Position numbers and translations under genes: made by a program. 24,000 bases of DNA from an uncultured Flavonifractor sp. (GTDB taxonomy: Bacteria; Bacillota; Clostridia; Oscillospirales; Oscillospiraceae), in assembly GCF_944383115.1 (NCBI RefSeq), contig NZ_CALWOJ010000014.1, positions 1-24,000 of the forward strand, in the 5' to 3' direction. Position 1 is the first letter of the stretch. The number at the start of each line of letters is the position of its first letter. This document shows positions 23,920 through 24,000 of the stretch, in pieces. The notes beneath the pieces were generated by a model. It ran no database searches. It saw only the letters and a list, made by a program, of their open reading frames with translations, and was not told where the DNA came from.

Positions 23920-24000
23920 GTGAAACGGAGGGTATGGGCATGGACGCTGAGTCTGGCCCTGCTGCTGTCGGGCTGTTCTCTGTCTGGGTCCGTCTACACG
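23920..24000 (+). CDS. Lipoprotein, 5' end only (truncated by the window edge)
   Basis: GTG start with GAAAGGAGG upstream; open frame M/VKRRVWAWTLSLALLLSGCSLSGSVYT with a signal peptide and lipobox LLSGC, open to the window end. Confidence 0.75.
   Translation, partial: MKRRVWAWTLSLALLLSGCSLSGSVYT

Noticed and set aside
1-24000. CRISPR arrays, tRNA/rRNA genes, phage genes, toxin-antitoxin or defence modules
   Set aside because: No regularly spaced direct repeats, cloverleaf or rRNA-like sequence, or recognisable module proteins found by eye; apart from the RAYT the region looks like core chromosome.

Overview
The window is an ordinary, gene-dense, high-GC chromosomal segment of Clostridia type (probably Oscillospiraceae-like; inferred from gene content and order). 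Minus-strand block, in transcription order: miaB, a REP-associated Y1 transposase (RAYT), mutS, a CPBP-family membrane protein, mutL, hfq, an HlyD-like adaptor, yggS-family gene, sepF, divIVA, a terminator, and then the start of a T-box leader (putative AUC/Ile specifier) running off the left edge. Plus-strand block: alanine-racemase-like gene, dtd, MBL hydrolase, hemZ, Udk-like nucleoside kinase, Mrp/NBP35 ATPase, N-acetylmuramoyl-L-alanine amidase, a 40-aa ORF, a divergent type IIA topoisomerase pair, YitT-family protein, LUD-domain protein and the start of a lipoprotein. I see no phage, CRISPR, rRNA, tRNA or recognisable defence system. The most interesting signal is a REP/RAYT system: five 26-nt units (GTAG + 9-bp stem + 4-nt loop). 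One pair sits as a BIME-like inverted pair between the CPBP gene and mutL. Three sit at the RAYT locus: two inside the RAYT coding sequence and one whose GTAG supplies the miaB stop codon. Other points worth checking are an alanine-racemase homologue with Thr in place of the PLP lysine, a structured intergenic region before mrp, and an unannotated 40-aa ORF between regulatory hairpins.
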